This document shows positions 43,340 through 54,067 of a DNA stretch of 64,000 bases, in pieces. Within the stretch, counting starts at the first letter, position 1. Each line of letters starts with the position of its first letter. Under the pieces are notes generated by a model. That model searched no databases and was not told the DNA's origin. It saw nothing but the letters and a program-made list of their open reading frames with translations. A program made the position numbers and the translations under genes. This DNA comes from the human T2T-CHM13v2.0 reference genome, Homo sapiens: NCBI RefSeq assembly GCF_009914755.1, contig NC_060926.1. One strand, written 5' to 3'.

Positions 43340-44000
43340 GACTTGTGTTGGTCTTTGAAACTTGAGGTGTGTCATTTTCTGGAGGAAACGTCAACTGCTG
43401 GAGCAGGGTTTGCCATGTTACTTTCTCTCTGCCACATTACCTGCCAATGTGGTAAAAGCTCTATGAAATGTGGTCCTTGAGGGAGGACAATGAGGAACAG
43501 AGCATAGTCCACATAGAACAGACAGGTAGAATGAGTGAGAAATAACTTTGCTATTTATATTGATCAGCTATTGTTAAATAAGGGTGCAAGAACAAAGAAC
43601 CCCAAATTTTTAGTGGTCTACAATAACAACCGCTTATTTTTCTCTCATGTTACATGATGGTTTGGGTCAGCCCCAAATCTGAATCTCTACTTTAGAAGTA
43701 CTCTCCATCCAAGGATGTAGACTTAGGAAGCAGCCCCTGTTTTGCCCTAATGCTAACGAGAAAAGAGGGTGAAACCATGCAATGACCATTAAAGTGTCTG
43801 TTTTAATGTGATATTCGTCATGCCCATTCATGTTCCCTTGGCAAAAGCAAAACAAAGAGTTTTGCCCCATGGCAATGGGGTAGGAATATACACTATTCTA
43901 CAAGGAGGCACTACAAGTCACACAGAAACCAATGGGGAAGGACGATCTGAGCTGAAGGAGAGCAAATAATTGGAAATACTAATATAATCTATATAACCTA
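43340..44000. mobile_element. Old MLT1 LTR fragments (two pieces)
   Basis: GAATGAGTGAGAAATAACTTTG, and a second piece with CCCAAATTTTTAGTGGTCTACAATAACAACCGCTTATTTTTCTCTCATGTTACATG. Confidence 0.6.
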
Positions 44001-47000
44001 CTGTTTGTTTCTTCATCATCACATAGTCCATCTTTTCTAATGCAATTAACTACCTCGGATAGAAAGGATCTATCAATGTATCAATTAAAAGTTATTTATT
44101 AATTACTTATGGTCTAACAAACATAGATGTTGGAAAATTCTAAATGCCTGCACTTACGCTAACAGGAAGTGTAAATACATTTCTGTCAAGCTAAATTCAA
44201 CCTTATTTCCAGTAGGTCTAGAAATAATAATGTATTAAAAGGTCAATGGAATAACTTAGTAAACATTACTTAGCACATAATAAGATGCCTGAAATTGTGA
44301 GTAATGTTTGTTGGATGAATGAATGTAAATGAAATTAGTAAGCTTTGTGATACCCATTACTAATGTATTACATTTCAATTTGGTTAGGAATAAATCATCT
44401 CATTATTAAGAATGCTTAAAACCAATACATTGTCCTCCCTTTCTAATGAAGACCTAGGTTAATTACCAGTCTGTCAAAAGACAATGTGATACTCTAGAGA
44501 GTATTATAGAAAATTGACTAGTAGAGCTAGGAACCAACCTGCGAAATCATGTGACAGTGAGAAATTAATGTGTGCCATTTGTACATTACAGGCAGAAGTT
44601 TAGAAATAATTAAATGGCAAAAATCAAGTAAAATCTTCAAAATTGGCTAGTTACATGGGATTCCATTGAATTCATCAAAATGACTTATTTAGTAAGCCAC
44701 ATTCCCACTATGTGCAGTCTCCACTCTCCATTCCCAAATTTGGTCTGTATCAAACCAGAAAGATTGTATTCACTCAAACATTTGTTCATTTAAGAAATCA
44801 AGTACTGACTACTTATTGTATATCAGGCCCTGTGGATAAATGAGAGATTCATAGGTCCATTGCTCTTGTCTTCGTGAGCTTCCACACAAGACAGCCAGAA
44901 TATTGTTCTATTTTTGATGTTGAAGGCAAAATATTTTATATACTTTCAAATGAAAAGTAGAGTTTTAATTAATCCACAAAAAATGGTATAAGAATTATAT
45001 TCAACAAAACCAAATGAGTTGGAGTCTCAGCATGTCATGTCTTCCATTTTGTAGGGCATAAATTTTAAAACCAAAGCGAATCCCCATTGGTCTTATGCTT
45101 TTCAAGTTCCAAGGTGCCATTTCAACTACTAAAAAATTATGTGAACTTTTCTACATGTCCACATTAAAAACAGTAAAGCTAGCTTTACTATTAGCTCAAA
45201 ACAAAAGGTGGACTGAATAAAATGCATAAATCAAACATCAAAGGGACAAATACATCAATGAGATAAGCAAAATAAAGCAGGATGATGGCAATTTGTTGAA
45301 AATCTGTTATGCTGTTTAATGTGCAGACAATTTGGGTCTTATTGTTTTAACTGTTTATACACATGAATTGCTAAATATTAAGAACAAATCCAAAGGATAG
45401 CACCAAAGTTTAGCCTATTTATGTTAACCTAATCACACACAAATTCTAGCCACTGATATATATTTTACAACTCCATTTATCTAGTGTTCAGTTCTCTGGA
45501 TTTGTGGTTTATAAAACCATTTGCTTTATAAGGCTCTCTTGCCAGCTCCAGTACATTTTTATATAAAAGACAACATATATTAAAATGTAGTAAACATGTC
45601 TATGAATTTTGATTTACATGATTGAAGATTTCAGAGTTGTGTAAATGAGGGTTCATACACTATAACTGCTTACAAAAGAAAATACTTTTTTTCATAGAAA
45701 ATACTCCAACACATATTCCTGGGTGTTCAAAATCATCACATTCATTCAGTGTTGAACAAAAGTATGATTTAACAGAAGGAGTATGTAAATCAAATTCACA
45801 AGACCTGAATTTCTCTTCAAGCATAATTAGAAATATTTTTATTAAGTTACAGTTCCCTAATTTCTAAAGTAGGGAAAATAGGGTGAAATATGGATAAGGA
45901 CATATAGGTGGACATACACAATGTGCTACAAGTTCAGATGTAAACCCAGGTAAATATAAAGTGGATATTCTCATTATCATAAAATGAACATATGTGAGAG
46001 CAAGGTTGTTAGGAATGGAACTTAAAATTAAAATGTGTACATAGAAACACTGAGTTTGAACATAAAGCAATTATCTACAAGGTAAGAACATCACTTTAAA
46101 AAGAGCTGTTCATTTGATTCTTTTGAGTGTGTATAGAAAGCTCAGGTTGAAGAAAACACTTTTAAGGATTTACTTTGAGGAGTTTTCTGTTTTTTGAATT
46201 AAGTTTTGAGTGAACTGTGTAATTCTTTCTCCTGGATGAACCTCACTCAAAAATAGAGAAACTTCTATGAAATATAGCATAATTTTAGCCTACTTGGTTC
46301 ACAGATTACAGAAAACCAGGACATTCTTTTTCCTGGAATTCCTTAAAAATTGGGTCCACATGAAACTAGAGTCTCTTCTGGAGGAGCAAATCAGAAATAT
46401 GAGAATGAAAGTACATTTAACAGTTTTCCTGCATCTTCTGGTCTCTCTTCATCTCATGTTTCAAATGTTATGGAAACATTGAGGTATCTTAAGGTCCAGA
46501 TTTGGTACAATGGCTTGCTGTATATTTAATTTATCAATCATTTAAAAGATCAAACGAGCAGACTAATGTATCTCTGTACATTTTGAAGCGACTAAATTTT
46601 AAACTTTCGGCAAATACATGTGGACATAAATTAAATGTCACATGATATAATCTTTGCCAAGTACTCAGTGTGTGTAGATATCTAAGAAGCAACACACGAT
46701 ATTTAAGAAGCATAAACACAGAATTTAATAAAAAGAAAGCTGCAGAACTCTGTTAAATAAGATATTGCCTTAGTTTTTTAATTCCATGGTATCAATTATT
46801 CAATTTTATACTTCTCTTAGCATTTTTACTGCTAAAACCACTATCCAGAGTTACTATAATTCATTTTCCCAGATTTGAAAGTCATATGAAATTCAATTTA
46901 GTAAGGGCTTAATCAGAATAAAAAAAATAGGTTTGGACATTTAGTTTTTTTATCCCCTATACTTTGACAACTACTCTCCAATCCTTTCTACTAACACACA

Positions 47001-47003
47001 GGT

Positions 47004-47029
47004 ACACACACACACACACACACACACAC
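47004..47029. repeat. (AC)13 microsatellite
   Basis: Read directly. Confidence 0.95.
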
Positions 47030-48500
47030 TCCCAAGCTAAAACTAAGTAAAGTTGTTATGCCAAAAAATGGGACATTAACACTATCCAAAATATATTTAT
47101 TAAGATATTTATTAAGCATAAAGGGGAAAAATAATAATAAAGTAGGGAAATTTGCCCTCAAGTAATCAAAGTTGGCATTACCTGTAATGAATATATCTAT
47201 ATATCTATCTATGTGAGAAAGAAGCACATTGGGAAAATATGGGATAAATTTGCAGAATGTAGGCAAAAGATATTTGATAATTTTAGAACATTTTAATAAC
47301 AGCAATGAGATATAATTTACCTATCATAAAACTCACAATTTAAAAATATACAATTGAGTGGTTATTAGAATGTTCCCAGAATTGTGCAACCATCACCACT
47401 CTAATTTTCCTATTTTTTATCACCCCATTAGCAGTTACGCTCCATTCAACCCCTAACAATCCAAGTCTACTTTCTGTCTGATGGATTTATTTATTCTGGA
47501 CCTTTAATATAAGTAGATTAATACAACATGTGGTCTTTTGTGACTGGATTCTTTCACTGAGCACAGTGTTTTCAAGGTTCCTCTATGGTGCAGCGTGTAT
47601 CCTTCATTCATTTACTTTATTGCAGAATAATATTCAATTGCATAGATAAACCACATTTTGTTCATTTAGCAGTTGATGGACATTTGGATTTCTTCAATTT
47701 TGGGGAGAGGGGCTCTTTATATTTGTTTCATTTCACTTTGGTATGTACCTAGAATTTGAATAACTACATTATAATATTCTACATTTTATATTTAGAGAAC
47801 CTGAAAAACTGTTTTCCAAAGTGGCAACATACATCATTTTACATTGGCAACAGCAATGTCTGAGGGTTCCAGTTACGCCACATCCTTGCCAATACTTCGC
47901 TATTGTCTTTTAAAAATTGTAGCCATACTAATGGGCACAAAACAGTATCTCACTGTGATTTTGATTTGCATTTTTCTACTAACTAATGATGTTCACATCA
48001 TTCTGTAGGCTTGTTTTCCATTTGTATATCTTCTTTGGAAAATGTCTATTCAAATTCTTGACTCATTTTTTAAGTGAATTATTCGTCTTCTTATTGTGAA
48101 GTTATAAAATTTCTTGATACATTCTGAATACAAGAGAATATTGTTTGCAATATTATCAGAATTGCAAACATTTTCTCCCATTCTTTGAATTGCCTTTTAA
48201 CTTTTCTTAATGTTGCCCTTTAAAGCAAAAATAATAATCATAATTGTAATGAAGTTCAATTTATTTATTTTGTGTCACTTGCAATTGTGGTTCATAACTA
48301 AGAAACTATTGCCTAAACTAAAATCATAAAGATTTACTCCTCTAATTTCTTATAAGATTTTTATAGTTTTAACTCTTACATGTAGGTCTATGCCCCATTT
48401 TTAGTTACTTTTTATATAGTATGAGGTGGGTGTTCAGCTTCATTCTTTGTAGTATAGCTATTCAGCTGTCCAATCACCATTGGTCAAAAACACTATTCTT

Positions 48501-49216
48501 TTTTTTTTTATTATTATACTTTTAAGTTTTAGGGTACATGAGCACATTGTGCAGGTTAGTTACATATGTATACATGTGCCATGCTGGTGCGCTGCACCCA
48601 CTAACTCGTCATCTAGCATTAGGTATATCTCCCAATGCTACCCCTACCCCCTCCCCCCACCCCACAACAGGCCCCAGAGTGTGATGTTCCCCTTCCTGTG
48701 TCCATGTGATCTCATTGTTCAATTCCCACCTATGAGTGAGAATATGCGGTGTTTGGTTTTTTGTTCTTGCGATAGGTTACTGAGAATGATGATTTCCAAT
48801 TTCATCCATGTCCCTACAAAGGACACAAACTCATCATTTTTTATGGCTGCATAGTATTCCATGGTGTATATGTGCCACATTTTCTTAATCCAGTCTATCA
48901 TTGTTGGACATTTGGGTAAAACCACAATGAGATACCATCTCACACCAGTTAGAACGGCTATCATTAAAAAGTCAGGAAACAACAGGTGCTGGAGAGGATG
49001 TGGAGAAATGGGAACACTTTTACACTGTTGGTGGGACTGTAAACTAGTTCAACCATTGCGGAAGTCAGTGTGGCGATTCCTCAGGGATCTAGAACTAGAA
49101 ATACCATTTGACCCAGCCATCCCATTACTGGGTATATACCCAAAGGACTATAAATCATGCTGCTATAAAGACACATGCACATGTATGTTTATTGCGGCAT
49201 TATTCACGATAGCAAA
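48501..49216 (-). mobile_element. Twin-primed, 5'-truncated L1PA2 (48501-48917 minus; inverted part 48918-49216 plus)
   Basis: Poly(T) and L1PA2 3' UTR, orientation switch at TTTGGGT|AAAACCACAATG, and 16-bp TSD CAAAAACACTATTCTT at 48485-48500 and 49213-49228. Confidence 0.96.
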
Positions 49217-49460
49217 AACACTATTCTTGCATGCACTGAATTGCCTTGGTATCCTTGACCAAAAATGTAGGGTTTTTGTTTGGATTCTCAATTCTTAGCC
49301 ATTGAAAAGTGTTCATTCTTAGGCCAGTATTATCATGGTTATAGTATATGGTATAGTACCATGGTTATAGATAGTTTTGAAATCTGGAAGCATAAGTCTT
49401 CTAACATTGGTCTCTTTCAGGATTGCTTAGGCTATTCTGGTCCCTTCCCTTTCCCCTATT

Positions 49461-49762
49461 AATTTTTTAATTAATTTTTTTGAGGCAAGGTTATGCTCTA
49501 TCACCCAGGCTGGAGTACCGTGGTACAATCTCGGCTCACTGCAACTCCGCCTCCTGGGTTCAAGAGATTCTCCTGCCTCTGCCTCCTGAGTAGCTGGGAA
49601 TACAGACACACACCATCACACCCAGCTAATTTTTGTAATTTTAGTAGACATGGGGTTTCACCATGTTGGCCAGGCTGGTCTTGAACTCCTGACCTCAGGT
49701 GATCCACCCACCTTGGCCTCCTAAAATGTTGGGATTACCGGTGCGAGCCACTATGCACAGCC
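49461..49762 (-). mobile_element. AluS (Sx-like)
   Basis: Full reverse-complement dimer with GGCCAGGCTGGTCTTGAACTCCTGACCTCAGGTGATCC. Confidence 0.93.
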
Positions 49763-49774
49763 ACATTTCCCTAT

Positions 49775-51914
49775 TTATTTTGTTTTATTATTTTAATTTT
49801 TTTCCATAAGTTATTGGGGTACAGGCGGTATCTGGTTACATGAGTAAGTTCTTTAGTGGTGATTTGGGAGATTTTGATGCACCCATAATCTAAGCAGTAT
49901 ACACTGCACCATATCTGTAGTCTTTTATCCCTTACCCCTCCCGCTCTTTCCCCCCAAGTACCTACAGTCCATTGTATCATTCATATGCTTCTCTGTCCTC
50001 ATAGCTTAGCTCCCACATATCAGTGAGAACATATGATGCTTGGTTTTCCATTCCTGAGTTACTTCACTTAGAATAATAGTCTCCAACCTTATCCAGGTCA
50101 CTGCAAATGCTGTTAATTCATTCCTTTCTATGGCTGCGTAGTATTCCATCATACATATATACCATAGTTTATCCACTTGTTGATTGATGGGCATTTGAGT
50201 CAGTTCCACAATTTTGCAATTGCGAATTGTGCTGCTATAAACATGCACATGCAAGTATCTTCTTCAAACAATGACTACTTTTCTTCTGGGTGGATATCCA
50301 GTAGTGGGATTGCTGGATCAAATCGTAGTTCTACCTTTAGTTCTTTAAGGAATCTCCACACTGTTTTCTATAGTGGCTGTACTAGTTTACATTCCCATCA
50401 GCAGTGTAGAAGTGTTGCCTGTTTGCTGCATCCATGCCAACATCTACTTTTTTTTTTTTTTTATGGCCATTCTTGCAGGAGTAAGTTGGTATTGCATGGT
50501 GGTTTTGATTTGCATTTCCCTGATCATTAGTGATGTTGAGCATTTTTTTCATATGTTTACTGTCCATTTGTATATCTTATTTTAAGAATTGTCTATTTAT
50601 GTCTTTAGCCCACTTTTTGATGGGATTGTTTGTTTTTATCTTCCTGATTTGAGTACATTGTAGATTCTGGATATTAGTCCTTTGTCAGATGTATAGATTG
50701 TGAAGATTTTCTCCCACTCTGTGGTTTGACTGTTTACTCTGCTGACTGTTACTTTTGCCATGGAAAAGCACTTTAGTTTCATTAGGTCCTAGCTATTTAT
50801 CTTTGTTTTTCTTTTTAAGTTTTGGAATACATGTGCTGAACATGCAAGTTTGTTACATAGTAATACATGTGCCATGATGGTTTGCTGCACCTATCAACCC
50901 AGTATCTAGGTTTTAAGCTCCTCATGCATTAGGTATTTGTTCTAATGCTCTCCCTTCTGTTTCCTCCCACCCCCCCCAACAGGCCCTGGTGTGTGATGTT
51001 CCCCTCAATGTGTCTATGCGTGCTCATTGTTCAACTCCCAGTTATGAGTGAGAACATGTGACGTTTGGTTTATTGTTCCTGTGTTAGTTTGCTGAGGATG
51101 ACGGTTTCCAGCTTCATCCATGTCCCTGCAAAGGACATGAACTCATTCTTTTTTATGGCTGCATAGTATTCCATGGTGTATATGTGCCACATTTTCTTTA
51201 TACAGTCTATCATTGACACGTGTTCGGGTTCATTCCAAGTCTTTGCTATTGTTAATAGTGCTGCAATAAACATACGTGTGCATGTGTCTTTATAGTAGAA
51301 TGATTTATAATCCTTTGGATATATACCCAGTAATGAGATTGCTGAGTCAAATAGTATTTCTGGTTCTAGATCCTTGAGGAGTCACCACACTGTCTTCCAC
51401 AATGGTTGAACTAATTTACACTCACAACAACAACGTAAAAGTATTCCTATTTCTCCGCATCCTCACCAGCATCTGTTGTTTCCAGATTTTTCAATGATCG
51501 CCATTCTAACTGATGTGAGATGGTAACTCATTATGGTTTTGATTTGCATTTTTCTAATGACCAGCGATGATGAGCATTTTTTCATATGTTTGTTGGCCAT
51601 ATAAATGTCTTCTTTTGAGAAGTGTCTGTTCATATCCTTCACCCACTTTTTAATGGGGTTGTTTAACGTCGGAAAAACTCTTCTAGACATTGGCTTAGGC
51701 AAGGATTTATGACCAGGAAGCCAAACCAAATGCAATAAAAGCAAAGATAAGCTTAAACAAATTTATTTTTGTTTTTAATTGCATTTGCTTTTGGGTTCTT
51801 GGTCATGAAATCCTTGCCTAAGCCAATGTCTAGAAGGTTTTTTCCAATGTTTTCTTCTAGAATTTTTTTTTGGTTTCAGGTCCTAGGTTTAGGTCTTTAG
51901 TCCATCTTGAGTTT
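49775..51914 (-). mobile_element. L1PB1-like 3' fragment, interrupted by L1PA8
   Basis: TTTCCATAAGTTATTGGGGTACAGG...ATGAGTAAGTTCTTTAGTGGTGATTT 3' end. Resumes at 51761 after the insertion. Confidence 0.9.
50811..51664 (-). mobile_element. L1PA8-like 5'-truncated insertion inside the L1PB
   Basis: CTAGGTTTTAAGCTCCTCATGCATTAGGTATTTGTTCTAATGC 3' UTR motif. TSD ATTTAT(C/T)TTTGTTTTT at 50795-50810 and 51761-51776. Confidence 0.92.
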
Positions 51915-52348
51915 AATTTAGATTCAGCTTCCCAATTTTGGTACATACAGCAGATATGATTTTGAAACAGATTGCATTAAATTTGTTTACCAAGTTGAGG
52001 AGTATTGCTATCTTTACAAACATTAAGTCTTCCAATCCATTAATTAGGAATTGTTTTATTCAATTATTCTTTTTTCTTTCTCCAATATTTTGTAGAATTT
52101 TGTATATGAATCTTACACTTCTTTTATTTCTTATTTTTTGGTGTTACTGTAAATTGAATTATTTCTATAATTTTATTTTTAGATTGTTCATTTCTATTGT
52201 ATAAATATATACTGATTGTTATATATTAGTTTTTATCCAGAAAACTTCCTGAATCATTAATAAGCTCTAATAATTTATTTTGGATTCCACAGGATTTTCT
52301 ATGCACAAAATATATCATTGGCAAGGAGAAATAATTTTACCTCTTTTC

Positions 52349-52737
52349 TGACATGGTTTGGACTTGTGTTCCTGTCCAAATCTCATGTCAAATTGTAATC
52401 CCCAATGTTGGAGCTGGGGCCTCGTGGGAGATGATGAGATCATGATGGCAGATTTCCCCCCTTGGTGCTCTTCTCCTGACAGAGTTCTCACGAGATCTAG
52501 TTGATTAAAAGTGTGTGGCACTTCCCCCACCTTCCTCCTGCTCCAGCCACGTGAAGACAACTGCTTCTGCTTTGTCTTTAACCATGAGTAAAAGTTTCCT
52601 GAGGCCTCCCCAGGTTGCCAGCCAGCATCATGCTTCCTGGACAGCCTATGGAACTGTGAGCCAATTAAACCTATTTTCTTTATAAATTACCCAGTCTTAG
52701 ATATTTCCTTATAGCAATGTGAGAATAAACTAAAACA
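52349..52737 (+). mobile_element. MSTA-like MaLR solo LTR
   Basis: TGACATGGTTTGG start, ends GAGAATAAACTAAAACA. 5-bp TSD TTTTC. Confidence 0.92.
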
Positions 52738-52940
52738 TTTTCCAATCTGCATGCCTTTTCTTTTTCTTTCCTAATTGCTCTAGCTAGGACCTCCAGTATA
52801 ATGCTGAATAGAAGTGGTAAGAGAAGACATCCTTGTCTGGTGCGCATCTTAGCAGGAAGCATTCATTTTTTCACTGTTAAGTATGATTTTAACTGCATGT
52901 TTTTGTAGATACTTTTTTTTTTATTAGGTTGAGGGTGTTC

Positions 52941-54067
52941 TGTATTTTGGATATGGGGATGGGGTAAGAAGGAACTGGAAGCCCCAGGAGGTGGGGAGAA
53001 TGAAAGAAAGAGAAATATGGGATGAAGTAGGGAAAGGGGAAGGTAAGTCAGGGTTATCCCATGGTCCCTCTGGAATTGAGGTCAGTTGATCCTTGCCTGG
53101 CATGGACATAGAGTTCATCCTTTAGGTAGTTACTGCCTTGACAAGGACAGAGCATGGGCCTGATGGACCACTGAAGCAGGAGGGTGATGCAGGAGGGTGA
53201 TGAAGTAGGAGGGAAAAGGAAGAGCAGTGTAGACAGAGGCAATGGGGAGTCTGAGGATGGTAGAACTTGTGGGTCCTCAAAAAAAAGCACATAATGCTAA
53301 AGGTTGGGAAACTGAGGGACAAAACTGGCATCTCCTAGTTCTTGCCAGTATCGGCTCAGGAGGCCCAGCTCTGCCTTGGCTCCCCTGGACTGCAGAGCCG
53401 AGACATGTAAGTGAGCTGTGGTTGGGAGCCATGGTGAACATCCAGGCCTCACAAAACAGCACTGAGGGATGGGCTGAGATCTTGGCTGCATTATGTTGGG
53501 GAGCTGGGAGGAATATGGCAGGTGGGGTGAGAAGCCCCTGGGAAAAGCTTCAGAGTGTGACAAGGAGGGGTGGCATGGGTCATAGCAAAGGTGCAGAGTT
53601 AGACAGCATCAGCCCAGGTTTCAGCCTCAGACAAGAGATGGGACTGAAAGGGTTCCTGCTTCTTTCTGTCCTTTCATAGGTTGGCCAACACCTAAGCAGC
53701 TCCCTATTTGCGTGTAACTGCTTCCTCCAGCCACATGGTAATGCCTTGTTTATGACCTGGTAGTCTAAAGAGCAAGGTGTTTTAGAGTAAGACATATGTG
53801 GAAGCTACCTCAGATGTTATCAGATTCTTCTGTCCTTCCTTCGACCCTTTCAAAAAGCACATGAGGAAACTGAGGTCCATAAAAGCCATTGGAATGGCAA
53901 AGGGAGAGAGAAGGTGGAATCCGCTTTTATTCAATTCTGCATTAAATAATGTCCTTAATTACTAAAGTGAAGTTCTGCTATGTCTGATGGGGAAGAGGCA
54001 TCTTGGCCATCATACAGACACAGGAAGGACCTGGAATCTTGATTATTGCCCACAAGGGAGGATACTC
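52941..54067. other. GC-rich non-repeat DNA segment inserted into L1MB ORF2
   Basis: Host L1 reads ...ATTAGGTTGAGGGTGTTC | TCTTCTATTTGCAGTGTGGTAAGTGTTTTATCAT... when the segment is removed. Abrupt GC shift, and no LTR termini, poly(A) or TSD. Confidence 0.8.

Noticed and set aside
52913-52922. T run as the poly(A) tail of a retrocopy explaining the GC-rich insert
   Set aside because: About 18 nt of host L1 sequence (ATTAGGTTGAGGGTGTTC) lies between the run and the insert, so it is an expanded T tract of the host.
53242-53679. 145-aa plus-strand ORF in the GC-rich insert
   Set aside because: No recognisable domain. ORFs of this length are expected in GC-rich DNA, and overlapping ORFs occur on both strands.
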